Assembly: GCA_031269685.1 (NCBI GenBank)
Contig: JAISYU010000030.1
Coordinates: forward strand, 729-64,728
Direction of reading: 5' to 3'
DNA: 64,000 nt
Source of the DNA: Dysgonamonadaceae bacterium
GTDB lineage: Bacteria; Bacteroidota; Bacteroidia; Bacteroidales; Azobacteroidaceae
A program made the translations under genes and the position numbers. The notes beneath the pieces were generated by a model. That model had not been told where the DNA came from. It saw only the letters and a program-made list of their open reading frames with translations, and did not search any database. Shown here piece by piece: positions 19,196 to 30,146 of this stretch (its first letter is position 1; each line of letters begins with the position of its first letter).

Positions 19196-20722
19196 ATGAA
19201 TAAGCAAATAAAACGTAGCCTGATGTTAATTATTGCGATTACTATCGCTGTAACGTCTGTAGCGCAAATTGACAAAAAGCGTGAGTTCCGCGGCGCATGG
19301 ATTCATGTCATAAATCAAAGTCAATACGCGGGTATGAATGTGTCGCAGATGCGTAAATATTTTACAAAAATGCTCGATAACCTGAATGAAAACAACGTAA
19401 ATGCGGTTATCTTCCAGGTTCGCCCTGCTGCTGACGCTTTTTACCGTTCAAAACTCGAACCGTGGAGTCGATACCTTACCGGTGTACAGGGGAAGGCGCC
19501 TGATGAAGGGTTTGACCCACTGGATTTTATGGTTACCGAATGTCATAAACGGGGAATGGAAATTCATGCCTGGATGAACCCGTACCGCGTAACGGCTTCC
19601 AAAAATGATGTATTGTCTGACAAACATCTGTACCATAGTGACAAAGACCGATTCGTACATTACGACAACCGTATATTTTTTGACCCGGGATTACCACAGA
19701 ACAGGAAATTTATTTGCGCGGTAGTCAAAGATATTGTCACTCGATATGACATTGATGCAGTGCATTTTGACGACTATTTTTATCCATATCCCGTCGCCGG
19801 CGAACGATTCGACGATGATTTCAGTTTCGAGGTGTACGCAAGCCGTCAAGGTTTCACATCAAACAGGCGCGCAGACTGGCGACGAAATAATGTTAATTTG
19901 CTGATAGAACAGGTTCATAATACGATAGTTGCAACCAAACCCTGGGTACGGTTCGGGATAAGCCCGTTCGGGATTTACCGCAACAAACGCAGTACCGCTG
20001 ACGGTTCTGGAAGCGAAACCAACGGACTTCAAAATTATGACGACCTTTATGCCGATGTAATCCTGTGGGCGCAAAAGGGTTGGATAGATTATCTCGTGCC
20101 ACAAATATATTGGGAGATTGGCTACAAGCCCGCAGATTATGAAACGCTCGTTAAATGGTGGAGCAAACACGTGAAAAATGCGGAACTGTACATCGGTCAG
20201 GATATTGCACGCACCGTGAAAAAGCCCGACCCGCAAAATCCCGCTATAAACCAACTTCCACGTAAAATGGCGCTCGAAAGGAATTTACATGAAATCGGCG
20301 GGCACTGTTGGTGGCCCGGATATGAAATACTTAACAACATGGCGGGAGTTGCAGACAGCCTGAAAAATAATTGCCAACGATACCCCTCCCTAATCCCCCC
20401 ATATTCAAGGCTTCATGACCGGAAACCAAAAGAGGTTAAGGCGCTGCGGGCGGAATGGACTGCCGAAGGTTATTTGCTTTACTGGGAACAAAACGGGGAT
20501 ACAAACAACCCGGAAAGCGCTCAGTACTACGTAGTTTATCGCTTCGCCAAAAAACAAAAGCGTAACCTCAATAATCCTGCAAATATAGTGGCTAAAACCC
20601 GTGATACGTACTATAAATTGCCTTACGAGAACGGCGCGCAAAAGTATAAGTACGTCGTAACCGCTGTTGACCGCTTTCACAACGAGTCAAAACGCGGAAA
20701 ATCAAAGAATGTGAAATTGTAA
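19196..20722 (+). CDS. Glycoside hydrolase-like family 10 (DUF187/YddW-DigH-like) with C-terminal FN3-like domain
   Basis: Signal peptide; EFRGAWI, FQVRP, EIHAWMNPYR, DAVHFDDYFYPY, GISPFG and WIDYLVPQIYW motifs; YVVTAVDRFHNES tail. Confidence 0.88.
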   Translation: MNKQIKRSLMLIIAITIAVTSVAQIDKKREFRGAWIHVINQSQYAGMNVSQMRKYFTKMLDNLNENNVNAVIFQVRPAADAFYRSKLEPWSRYLTGVQGKAPDEGFDPLDFMVTECHKRGMEIHAWMNPYRVTASKNDVLSDKHLYHSDKDRFVHYDNRIFFDPGLPQNRKFICAVVKDIVTRYDIDAVHFDDYFYPYPVAGERFDDDFSFEVYASRQGFTSNRRADWRRNNVNLLIEQVHNTIVATKPWVRFGISPFGIYRNKRSTADGSGSETNGLQNYDDLYADVILWAQKGWIDYLVPQIYWEIGYKPADYETLVKWWSKHVKNAELYIGQDIARTVKKPDPQNPAINQLPRKMALERNLHEIGGHCWWPGYEILNNMAGVADSLKNNCQRYPSLIPPYSRLHDRKPKEVKALRAEWTAEGYLLYWEQNGDTNNPESAQYYVVYRFAKKQKRNLNNPANIVAKTRDTYYKLPYENGAQKYKYVVTAVDRFHNESKRGKSKNVKL

Positions 20723-20765
20723 ATACTGTTAGAACGCAGGCTTTTAAGATCTTCCAAAATAAAAG

Positions 20766-22163
20766 TTACTCGCTTTTGCGAGCCAGTTCGGAAACCTCCT
20801 GGATAGTTATCGGCAACCGGTCCTCATGCGTGTGACGACAGCCCTCATTGGTGATAACTATATTATCTTCAAGGCGTATCCCACCAAATTTCTTGTAACC
20901 CTCCAACTTTTTGAAGTTAATAAAATTACGGCATATTTTATTCTCGTACCACTTGTCAATAAGTTCGGGAATAAAATAAATACCCGGCTCAACGGTCAGG
21001 ACATGTCCGGGTTCAAGCCGCCTTCCAAATCGTAAACTCTTGTAACCAAACTGAGTATCGCGCGTCGTAGTTTCATCGTAGCCGACCAGCGTCTCATCAA
21101 GATTTTCCATATCGTGAACGTCCAAACCTAACGCGTGACCAAGCCCGTGAGGCATAAACAAAGCCGGCGCACCCTCGTGCAAAGCCTCCTCAGTATCGCC
21201 TTTTGTTATGCCAAGATCGCGTAAACCCTCGAAGATAATGCGGTAAGCGTTGCGATGTATGCTCTTATATGTGACATCAGGACGAGCCAGGCTAATAGAC
21301 TCGTTTATAGTCTTTAAGACAATGTTGTAAATCTCTTCCTGCTTGGTCGTGTACAGACCGCCAACAGGAGTAGTGCGCGTAAAATCAGACGCATAATGAC
21401 TTACAGTTTCTGCACCGGCGTCGCAAAGCATTAATTGCCCGAAACTAAGTTTTCCACCATGATCGTGATTGTGAAGGATCTGACCCTTAGTGGAAAGTAT
21501 AGTGGGAAAAGATGTTCTGCAATGCTGCGTAATTAAAATCGCTTCGATAGCCCCGACTATATTTATCTCCTTTTCGCCCGGCTTGCACATGTCCATTGCT
21601 ATAGAATGCATAAAATGACCCATACTGGCGGAAACCTTTATATGGTGCAACTCTGCCGGTGATTTTATCAGGCGCATGGAAATAATTGCCTCCGCTAACT
21701 CCTTTGAATTGCCGGCTATTATTTCATTATGCGTTTTTCCTGTAAGTTCGCTCAGAAGTATCACGCCGTAACTTCTGTAAGGCTTTAAAAAATGTATCTT
21801 CCTGTCCGATTTTACCGCCTTCTCAACGTACTTGTAAGTATTACGAATCGGCTCTACCCTGCTGATACCAACTTCCAGCGCGTAATGCTTTAATGAAGGC
21901 TTGACGCCCATCCATATAACATCCTCCAATGTAGCCTCTTCGCCGAACAAATATTCTTTATCATTGTCAATGTCAAGTAGATATATCAAACTCGGCTTAT
22001 CAATGCCAACATAATACAAAAAAGTACTGTCTTGCCTGAATGGATATTCATTTGCCTCGTAATTGATGGCAATATTATCATTTCCAACCAGGATAATCAA
22101 TCCTGATTTTACTTTCTTCTTCAACTCATTACGGCGCTTAACGTAAGTTTCTCTTTCAAACAT
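20766..22163 (-). CDS. pepP: Xaa-Pro aminopeptidase (M24B)
   Basis: YPFRQDSTFLYY, DAGAE, SDFTRT, HGLGHALGLDVHD, TVEPGIYF and GGIRLEDN motifs. Confidence 0.9.
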   Translation of the reverse strand: MFERETYVKRRNELKKKVKSGLIILVGNDNIAINYEANEYPFRQDSTFLYYVGIDKPSLIYLLDIDNDKEYLFGEEATLEDVIWMGVKPSLKHYALEVGISRVEPIRNTYKYVEKAVKSDRKIHFLKPYRSYGVILLSELTGKTHNEIIAGNSKELAEAIISMRLIKSPAELHHIKVSASMGHFMHSIAMDMCKPGEKEINIVGAIEAILITQHCRTSFPTILSTKGQILHNHDHGGKLSFGQLMLCDAGAETVSHYASDFTRTTPVGGLYTTKQEEIYNIVLKTINESISLARPDVTYKSIHRNAYRIIFEGLRDLGITKGDTEEALHEGAPALFMPHGLGHALGLDVHDMENLDETLVGYDETTTRDTQFGYKSLRFGRRLEPGHVLTVEPGIYFIPELIDKWYENKICRNFINFKKLEGYKKFGGIRLEDNIVITNEGCRHTHEDRLPITIQEVSELARKSE

Positions 22164-22187
22164 ATTATTGATTTTTTTAGTTTCCTG

Positions 22188-23498
22188 CTATTTCTCCCTC
22201 ATAAAGATATTAACCGGCGTCCCTGTGAGATTCCAATTCTTCCGTATCTGATTCTCCAAGAACCTCCTGTAAGGCTCTTTGACCCATTGCGGAAGGTTAC
22301 AGAAGAAGACAAAACTCGGCACCGCCGTTTTCGGTAATTGTGTGATGTATTTGATTTTAACCACCTTCCCCTTATACATCGGCGGCGGCGTGTTCTCTAT
22401 AATCGGCAACAAAACATCATTGAGTTTGTGCGTCGAAATCTTTGTCCTGCGATTATCGTAAACCTGTTTAGCCGTTTCCAATATCTTGAAAATACGCTGC
22501 TTAGTGAGCGCAGAGGTAAATATAACGGGAATGTCCGTAAACGGAGCCGTCCGCTCGTGAATGGCAGCCTCAAAAGTCTTTACCGCAGCAGGTGTCTTAT
22601 TCTCAACCAAATCCCATTTGTTAACCGCAATTACTACGCCTTTGTGATTCTTATTAATCAACGAAAAGATATTAATATCCTGTGCCTCAATACCGCGCGT
22701 GGCATCAAGCATAAGAACACACACATCCGCATTTTCAATTGAACGTATTGCACGAACTATCGAATAATACTCAAGATCTTCGTTCACTTTATTCTTCTTG
22801 CGTATGCCCGCTGTGTCAATAAGAGTGAACCTCATGCCAAACTTGTCGTAAGTAGTGTTAATCGAGTCGCGCGTTGTGCCGGCAATATCAGTCACTATAT
22901 TACGCTCTTCGCCGATAAAGGCATTGAGTAACGATGATTTACCGGCATTCGGACGTCCTACAATAGCAATGCGCGGAATATCCTCCTCAATCTCCGGTAG
23001 CGGATTATCTTTTATTCTCGATACGGCAATGTCAAGCATATCACCGGTGCCTGAACCGTTTATCGCGGAAATACAGACAGGTTCCCCAAGCCCAAGTCCG
23101 TAAAACTCGGCTGAGAGCGGGTGAAGATTAAACGTATCCGCCTTGTTTGAAACAACGATCACAGACTTTCCCGAACGACGAAGAGTTCCGGCAATCTGCA
23201 TATCAAGGTCTGTGACGCCGGTATTTATATCCACAACAAAAAGCAGCAAATCAGCCTCTTCACATGCAATCTTTACCTGCTTGTTAATCTCCTCTTCAAA
23301 GGTATCCCCCGAATTTAGAACCCAACCGCCTGTGTCTATGATAGAAAAATTATAACCGTTCCACTCAACCCTTCCGTATTGACGATCGCGCGTAGTACCA
23401 GCCTCTTCGTTTACAATCGCTCTACCGGTCTGTGTCAAGCGGTTAAAAAGGGTCGATTTCCCTACATTCGGACGTCCAACTATTGCAATAATACTCAT
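22188..23498 (-). CDS. der: Ribosome biogenesis GTPase Der
   Basis: Two tandem G domains ([12 protein letters not shown] and [12 protein letters not shown]) plus KH-like tail; own promoter TACTTTTG at 23525-23518. Confidence 0.98.
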   Translation of the reverse strand: MSIIAIVGRPNVGKSTLFNRLTQTGRAIVNEEAGTTRDRQYGRVEWNGYNFSIIDTGGWVLNSGDTFEEEINKQVKIACEEADLLLFVVDINTGVTDLDMQIAGTLRRSGKSVIVVSNKADTFNLHPLSAEFYGLGLGEPVCISAINGSGTGDMLDIAVSRIKDNPLPEIEEDIPRIAIVGRPNAGKSSLLNAFIGEERNIVTDIAGTTRDSINTTYDKFGMRFTLIDTAGIRKKNKVNEDLEYYSIVRAIRSIENADVCVLMLDATRGIEAQDINIFSLINKNHKGVVIAVNKWDLVENKTPAAVKTFEAAIHERTAPFTDIPVIFTSALTKQRIFKILETAKQVYDNRRTKISTHKLNDVLLPIIENTPPPMYKGKVVKIKYITQLPKTAVPSFVFFCNLPQWVKEPYRRFLENQIRKNWNLTGTPVNIFMREK

Positions 23499-23610
23499 AA
23501 GTTTATTATTTTAATTGCAAAAGTACAACAAATTTCCGACAAGTCTCCTAAATAACGGTTTTTTCTCGTATGGCAAACAAACAAAATAATAATGTTTTTC
23601 TGCTATCGGT

Positions 23611-24252
23611 TTAACCAATAACATTATCATTATTGAGCGCATCACCAACCAACCCGAATGTATATCCCTGCTCCAAGAGCCAGTCTATCGCATGTGGCAA
23701 TGACTGCTGCATCCTTTGACCCGCCTTAACGGAGTCGTGGAAGACGATTATAGAGCCGCTGCGGGTGTATTGCTTAACGTTGTTGATGACGTCGTGTGCG
23801 GTTCTCAGGTAACTGTAATCGCGCGTAACTACGTCCCACAACACCATTTGATATTTCCTGCGCAAAGCATAAAACTGCGGGAGGCGTATGTGTCCGTGCG
23901 GAGGACGGAAAAGAGTACTGTCGATCAGCCGTGCAGCCATTTCGACATCCTGAAGGTAAGTCTCGGTGGCGACCTTCAATCCCTGTAAATGATGATACGT
24001 GTGATTGCCTACCCCGTGACCGCGCATTATAATTTCATGGTAAATCGCAGGGTATTTCCGTACATTATCGCCAATGCAGAAAAAGGTAGCCTTGATGCCG
24101 TAGCGGTCAAGCAAATCAAGCACCCACGGGGTAATTTGTGGTATGGGTCCGTCATCGAATGTTAAGTAAATAACCTTGCCGGTGGTATTAAGTCGCCAAT
24201 GTGCGCCGCGAAAGATGCACCGGTATAGTTGCGGGGGAGATTCTATCAGCAT
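23611..24252 (-). CDS. Polysaccharide deacetylase (CE4/NodB)
   Basis: LTFDDGP, GNHTYHH, FRPPHG and IIVFHDS motifs. Confidence 0.92.
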   Translation of the reverse strand: MLIESPPQLYRCIFRGAHWRLNTTGKVIYLTFDDGPIPQITPWVLDLLDRYGIKATFFCIGDNVRKYPAIYHEIIMRGHGVGNHTYHHLQGLKVATETYLQDVEMAARLIDSTLFRPPHGHIRLPQFYALRRKYQMVLWDVVTRDYSYLRTAHDVINNVKQYTRSGSIIVFHDSVKAGQRMQQSLPHAIDWLLEQGYTFGLVGDALNNDNVIG

Positions 24253-24258
24253 CGCGCG

Positions 24259-27200
24259 TTAATTCCTTGCACCACGTTGCGAAGGTCTGCTCTCAAACTG
24301 CTTGAACTGTGCGTAATACCTGTCCAACAGTTGATCAATCTCCGCAAACCTGGTAGCGTCGGTCTTTTCATAGTAGCCTGCAAGGTTGCTCAGTATGTAA
24401 ATGCTTTCATGTACGTCCCGTAATATCGATGCATAATGCTTAACGCTAAGCCGTGAGTACCACTCCAGGTCGCCAAGCGTGGACGCAGTCAGTGTATCGT
24501 ACACCTGCTTCGCCTTCGCAGTATCGCCCGCAAGGAGGTAGGTCTTCGCTATCTCTCCCGTTGACTGGTAGTCGTAGGGCACGTTGAAGTCAGGGATTGA
24601 CCTTAGCGCGTAATCCATAGCCTTAACCGCATCTTCTTTTCTGCCGTCCGCAACTAACCGCTGCCCTAACGTGCCGAACAACGAGCGGAACGTACGCGCT
24701 AACCGGCATGTGTTCTCATCTACATACAACCCCTCACGCTCAAGGTTGCCCCAACGGTACTTATTCATTAGATTGTCGTACAGTGTATCCGTATCGTACC
24801 GCAAGTGCTCGCTATCAGTCCGGTAAGGCACTACCCGGTACGCAACACCGTCCTGTCGGAAGTAGCCGCTGAGACGCACGTGCTCGTCAGGTGAAACGGT
24901 AATAGCATAATACACAGGTCGCTTCCAGTCTCTGTTGTTGCTCAGAATGTCCAGCACCATCATCTCCTGCTTCCCAAGACGATTCTTAGCCTTCGCCAAT
25001 ACGTTACCTTTCGCATCCTTATGTTCACCAAGGTAGATATACATTGTGTCAACTATCTCATTAGCGTACGCAGGCTTGACCGTCCCCGACGCAACTGCCG
25101 CACGGCGATCCACAGGCAAAGCAAGCGCGTATGTAGGGATGTTATCTATTTCTATGGAGTAATTAGGGATGCGCTTAGTCCTTGGATCGTTCGACTTGAC
25201 ACGGTTCAACGCACGTGACACATCCCACGCTTCGTCGGTATGAGGAAACAACCAACCAACATCGTGCTTACCATTAATGTACTCCGAACGTGTCCACGAA
25301 ATAGGCAACGCATCAGACTCATACGACTGACGCTTCATCTGGTCTATGTACCAGTCCGTTTGCAGGTACGAAAGGTTGCAAACACGAACATCAGTCCTAT
25401 AACCTTCAACCTCTTGCGCATACCACAGCGGGAACGTATCGTTGTCTCCCATAGTAAATATAATGGCGTCACGTTCACAGGTAGCAAGGTAGTTACGCCC
25501 GAAATCACGCGTAGTGTACCTGTTAGAACGATCGTGGTCGTCCCATGTCTGTGATGCCATCTGAAGCGGGACAAGCAAACAAAGAACACTACCAACAAGC
25601 GCACCTGTAACACCTTTGAGTTTAATATGCCTTTCTATGAGGCGGATAATGTATGCCGTACCTATACCAATCCATATACAAAAAGCATAGAACGACCCCG
25701 CATAAGCGTAGTCACGTTCGCGTGGCTGATATGGTGTCTGGTTAAGGTAGACAACGATCGCTAAGCCAGTCATAAAGAACAGTAGAAACGTAACCCAAAA
25801 CCCTTCAATGCCCTTCCTTCCTTTGGATACCTGAAAGGCAATACCAAGCAGTCCAAGTATCAACGGTAACATGTAATATACATTGTGTCCTTTATTCTTC
25901 ACTATGAAGTCAGGTAGATTATCCTGCGGACCGGCAAGGAAATGATCAATAAAGCGTATACCGGTAATCCAGTTCCCATTCGAGACCTCACCGTGACCCT
26001 GAATATCGTTCTGTCGACCTGAGAAGTTCCACATAAAGTACCGGAAATACATAAAGTTAACTTGATAGTTGAGGAAGAAACGTATGTTCTCAATGAATGT
26101 GGGTTTCATTACTACCTTCGACTCACCGTTAGGATCCGTCACTACCACACGCTGACCCTTTATGTTTGCCCATGACTTATAAGCCGCTACGTGCGCACGT
26201 TCCATACTGTACATACGTGGAAACAACATGTTCAATTCGTCTCTGTAGATCGATTTCTCCTTACGCATCGACTCGAAATAACGGTCTTTCTCCTCGTCCT
26301 GATTCTCTTTAGATACCCTCGTCCATACCGGACCAAGATCCTTCCTGGCATATTCGTAAGAGTTTCCCTTTACTACATATTTTGGTTCGGAGACGTAAGT
26401 CTGTCCGTACAATAAAGGAGTATCGCCGTACTGTTCCCGCGAAAGGTAAGTCCTCAGCGTAAAGATATCCTTAGGTGAATTCTCATCCATCGGTGCATTA
26501 GCCGAAGAGCGTATCATTATCAGTGCGTAAGACGAATACCCTATTGTAATTACCAGCAGTCCTGTCAGTATGGCGTTAAATGCAACAGGATTAAACTTCT
26601 TTACAGAGAATAGATATACGCCAAGCCCTATTAATATTATAATTCCTAACCATGGGCTATTACCAAGAAACGGGATACCGAGCAGTGCGACGGCAAGCAT
26701 GAAAGCAATCTTCACCCTCAATACCGATTTCCCGCTTAACGTTTCCAGGATTCCACAAATCAACGCTCCAGCGACAAGGACAGTGTACAATATGACGCCT
26801 GAGTTATAAGGCAAGCCGAATGAATTGACACACAACAGTTCAAACCAGCCTGCAACTTTCACTACACCTTGAATTATACCGAACAGCAAGACCGCCACTA
26901 TCAGGAACGACACTAAGAGCGCAACTAACGAGCCTTTCAGGTTGGCATTAGGATTCTTTTTGAAATAATACACAAGTACGATAGCCGGTATACAAAGTAG
27001 ATTCAGGAGGTGTACGGCAATAGATATTCCCATCAGGTAAGCTATCAGGATTAGCCACCTGTCTGCGTGAGGTTCATCTGCGACATCTTCCCATTTCAGG
27101 ATGAGCCATACAACAACGGCGGTCATCAGCGACGAAAAGGCGTAAACCTCACCCTCGACCGCTGAAAACCAGAAAGTATCCGAGAATGTGTAGGCGAGCG

Positions 27201-27585
27201 CCCCGACCGCACCGCAGGATATAATAATTATTGCCTGCGAGATGGAAACCGTACCGCTTTTACTGCCTGCGACAAGTTTTTTGACCATAAACGTAATCGT
27301 CCAGAAGAGGAATAATATAGTCAATGCGCTGAATATAGCCGACATTGAGTTAACCATCGCCGCTTTCAGTTCGGGATTTGCGGTTAATTGCGTAAATAGA
27401 TTTGCTGTCATCATAAATATCGGGCTTCCGGGTGGATGTCCGACTTCGAGTTTGTAAGCTGACGCGATAAACTCACCGCAATCCCACAAACTTGCAGTAG
27501 GTTCGATAGTTAGGAGGTAAACGACGGCAGCGATTGCAAATACGATCCAGCCGGAAATGGCGTTTAACAACTTATATTTTTTCAT
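24259..27585 (-). CDS. DUF2723 family polytopic membrane protein (GT-C-like), about 1108 aa
   Basis: Start MKKYKLL at 27585; SLWDCGEF, HPPGSP, SAVEGEVY, PRERDYAYAGSF and GDNDTFPLWY motifs; promoter TATCTTTG at 27639-27632. Confidence 0.88.
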   Translation of the reverse strand: MKKYKLLNAISGWIVFAIAAVVYLLTIEPTASLWDCGEFIASAYKLEVGHPPGSPIFMMTANLFTQLTANPELKAAMVNSMSAIFSALTILFLFWTITFMVKKLVAGSKSGTVSISQAIIIISCGAVGALAYTFSDTFWFSAVEGEVYAFSSLMTAVVVWLILKWEDVADEPHADRWLILIAYLMGISIAVHLLNLLCIPAIVLVYYFKKNPNANLKGSLVALLVSFLIVAVLLFGIIQGVVKVAGWFELLCVNSFGLPYNSGVILYTVLVAGALICGILETLSGKSVLRVKIAFMLAVALLGIPFLGNSPWLGIIILIGLGVYLFSVKKFNPVAFNAILTGLLVITIGYSSYALIMIRSSANAPMDENSPKDIFTLRTYLSREQYGDTPLLYGQTYVSEPKYVVKGNSYEYARKDLGPVWTRVSKENQDEEKDRYFESMRKEKSIYRDELNMLFPRMYSMERAHVAAYKSWANIKGQRVVVTDPNGESKVVMKPTFIENIRFFLNYQVNFMYFRYFMWNFSGRQNDIQGHGEVSNGNWITGIRFIDHFLAGPQDNLPDFIVKNKGHNVYYMLPLILGLLGIAFQVSKGRKGIEGFWVTFLLFFMTGLAIVVYLNQTPYQPRERDYAYAGSFYAFCIWIGIGTAYIIRLIERHIKLKGVTGALVGSVLCLLVPLQMASQTWDDHDRSNRYTTRDFGRNYLATCERDAIIFTMGDNDTFPLWYAQEVEGYRTDVRVCNLSYLQTDWYIDQMKRQSYESDALPISWTRSEYINGKHDVGWLFPHTDEAWDVSRALNRVKSNDPRTKRIPNYSIEIDNIPTYALALPVDRRAAVASGTVKPAYANEIVDTMYIYLGEHKDAKGNVLAKAKNRLGKQEMMVLDILSNNRDWKRPVYYAITVSPDEHVRLSGYFRQDGVAYRVVPYRTDSEHLRYDTDTLYDNLMNKYRWGNLEREGLYVDENTCRLARTFRSLFGTLGQRLVADGRKEDAVKAMDYALRSIPDFNVPYDYQSTGEIAKTYLLAGDTAKAKQVYDTLTASTLGDLEWYSRLSVKHYASILRDVHESIYILSNLAGYYEKTDATRFAEIDQLLDRYYAQFKQFESRPSQRGARN

Positions 27586-27721
27586 ATAAAAGAATAGTTT
27601 AATTAAGATAAATTGTATACGAATTGGGGTGCAAAGATATGGAAAAATAATTGATAATTGAGAAATATCCGGCAAAAGTTGTTTTATAGAAGTAACAAAG
27701 AATTTTTCTTACCTTTGTAAA

Positions 27722-29152
27722 ATGAAGCAAATAATTGTGACGATTTCTTTGGCGGTCATGTTTTGCATGAATATTTCCGCGCAGCACAAACGTGAAATTA
27801 GGGCAGTGTGGTTAACGGTCAACCACAACCTCGACTGGCCCGATACTCCGGCGGTCAGTAAGCAGGGGATAGAAAAACAGAAAACCGCTCTCGACAATAT
27901 GCTTGACAGGCTTAAGGAGGCAAATATTAACATGGTATTTTTTCAAGTGCGTATCCGTGGCAGCGTTACCTACAGTTCGGCAATAGAGCCGTTTTCCGAA
28001 TTAATCAAATCCAGGCGGTGTACTGAGGATTTTGATGCTTTGGGGTACGCAATCGAAGGATGTCACCGTCGTGGAATGGAATTACATGCCTGGTTTGTTG
28101 TCTATCCTTTGGGAAAAAATCCCGGTAATAATTCATTGCGCAGTATATCCGTGAAGTTCAAAAACGAGTGGTATATTAATCCCGGAAATCCTGGTACTAC
28201 GCCATACTTGGTAAATCTTGTCCGCGAATTGGTTGAGAAATATGACATTGACGGCATACATTTCGATTATATCCGTTATCCTGACGGCTCTGCTAAATTT
28301 CCTGACGACAGGGAATTCAAGCTTTATGGAAACGGTAAAACTAAGGATCAGTGGAGGCGAGGGAATATAAACCGCTTTGTTTATGAAGCCTATGACGCTG
28401 TGAAGGCTTTAAAGCCGTGGGTTATTGTCAGCAGCGCCGTGGTGGGAATGTATAACACCTTGGCGGAAGTTAACCGGAAACACTGGACTGCTTATAACTC
28501 TGTTTTTCAAGACCCTGTAGACTGGATAACAAAGGGGAAGCATGATTTTATTGTTCCCATGCTTTACAGTAAGGATAATCTGTTTTTTCCATTTATAGAT
28601 GACTGGGTAGAGCGTTGCGGCAGGGAAAGGGTTGTCCCCGGGCTTGGTATATATATGATCAGCGACGCATCCTGGTCTCCGGACATTATTACCGGGCAGG
28701 TACGGTATTTGCGGGACAATAAGCTGCCTGGTTGCGCTTTTTTCCGTGTAAGGAATCTAACCGACGATGCCGGTTTTTATAAACTTGTTACTTCCGGTTA
28801 TTTTCCGGATCCGGCGCTTTTGCCCGCTGTTGAGGTATCTCGGCAGGCGCCATGTACTCCTGGCAGTTTCAGGGTATGGGGCAGTGGTGGTTCCATGAAT
28901 CTTTCATGGGACAGGTTTTCGGATGCCGATGATATTTTTTACAATGTTTACTGTTCGGAATCGTTTCCCGTAGATACGGATAATCCCAAAAACCTGATAG
29001 TTGCCAGGCTCGACGATACCGAATGCAAACTGAACGTGAGTCATTGCAACCACGGTCTCTATTATTGCACCGTCACCGCTTACGACAGGTACCATAACGA
29101 GAGCATGATTTCAGAGACCGCCTTGTTTGTTGTCGGTGAATATGAGAAATAA
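27722..29152 (+). CDS. Second GHL10/DUF187 family hydrolase with FN3-like tail
   Basis: EIRAVWLT, FFQVR, ELHAWF, DGIHFDYIRYP and VTAYDRYHNES motifs; signal peptide. Confidence 0.85.
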   Translation: MKQIIVTISLAVMFCMNISAQHKREIRAVWLTVNHNLDWPDTPAVSKQGIEKQKTALDNMLDRLKEANINMVFFQVRIRGSVTYSSAIEPFSELIKSRRCTEDFDALGYAIEGCHRRGMELHAWFVVYPLGKNPGNNSLRSISVKFKNEWYINPGNPGTTPYLVNLVRELVEKYDIDGIHFDYIRYPDGSAKFPDDREFKLYGNGKTKDQWRRGNINRFVYEAYDAVKALKPWVIVSSAVVGMYNTLAEVNRKHWTAYNSVFQDPVDWITKGKHDFIVPMLYSKDNLFFPFIDDWVERCGRERVVPGLGIYMISDASWSPDIITGQVRYLRDNKLPGCAFFRVRNLTDDAGFYKLVTSGYFPDPALLPAVEVSRQAPCTPGSFRVWGSGGSMNLSWDRFSDADDIFYNVYCSESFPVDTDNPKNLIVARLDDTECKLNVSHCNHGLYYCTVTAYDRYHNESMISETALFVVGEYEK

Positions 29153-29153
29153 T

Positions 29154-30029
29154 TTACCTCAAGGACGCTTCCAGGAACCGGTCTTTGCCGGAAATATCCT
29201 TCTGTAAACAGATTCTGCGATAGCCTGCCTGTTTCGCCATTGCTTTTATTTCCCCCGCATACACCGGATTAATCTCGAAAAACAGTTGCCCTCCTCCGGC
29301 AAGGTGTCGCGTGCCGAGTTCTGCTATGCGATTATAGAAAACCAGTGGATTATTTTGTGGTACAAACAGCGCTTCTGCGGGCTCGTAATCAATGACGTTA
29401 CTGTTCATGCCTGCGACTTCTGACGGTGGAATGTATGGCGGGTTGCTGACAATTATATCGAATCGCGCAGGTAAACCTTCCGGCAAATCTTCCATTATAT
29501 CATGATCTGCAAAGTCAATACAGACCTTGTTCAACGCAGCATTTTCGCGTGCAACTTCAAGCGCTTTACCGGAAATATCAACCGCATAAACCTTAGACCT
29601 GAGACGTTTGGCAATCGTTATTGCAATACACCCTGAACCGGTACCGACATCAAGACATGTCAATATTTTGTCTCCATATTCATTACTTTGTTCTCGGATG
29701 CGATCTCCTGTACGCCTGATTATCAGTTCGACAAGTTCTTCTGTTTCCGGTCGCGGGATAAGCACGTTCTGATTGACCTTGAAAGACATTCCGAAAAATT
29801 CGGTTTCGCCGATTATGTACTGTATGGGTTTATATCGGCGAAGATCGGTTATTATATTCCTTACGGTAATCTCTTCGCTGCGTGACAACCGCCTTTCCTT
29901 TCCGCTTAGAATCTCCTGCCGCCCGGTATTGAAACATTTTTCCATAACCAGGAAAAAGAATGTCCTGATCTCCTGTTCTGGATAATAATCCGATAACTGT
30001 TTCCTGAATGAATTGTAGATCTCTTTCAT
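29154..30029 (-). CDS. prmC: Release factor glutamine methyltransferase
   Basis: PIQYIIG, LIPRPETEEL, DVGTGSGCI, SNPPY and DISGKDRF motifs. Confidence 0.95.
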   Translation of the reverse strand: MKEIYNSFRKQLSDYYPEQEIRTFFFLVMEKCFNTGRQEILSGKERRLSRSEEITVRNIITDLRRYKPIQYIIGETEFFGMSFKVNQNVLIPRPETEELVELIIRRTGDRIREQSNEYGDKILTCLDVGTGSGCIAITIAKRLRSKVYAVDISGKALEVARENAALNKVCIDFADHDIMEDLPEGLPARFDIIVSNPPYIPPSEVAGMNSNVIDYEPAEALFVPQNNPLVFYNRIAELGTRHLAGGGQLFFEINPVYAGEIKAMAKQAGYRRICLQKDISGKDRFLEASLR

Positions 30030-30146
30030 GCCTGCAAAATTACTCTTTTTATTTACTTCCTTACATCAGATTTATATGATACAAATAAAACTGTTACCTT
30101 TGCCTGCAATATCAGTTGTGGAAAATCCACATACTAAATAAATCTT

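Noticed and set aside
30117-30125. DnaA box TTTTCCACA (minus strand)
   Set aside because: It is a single match; several are expected by chance in 64 kb, and there is no cluster or origin context.
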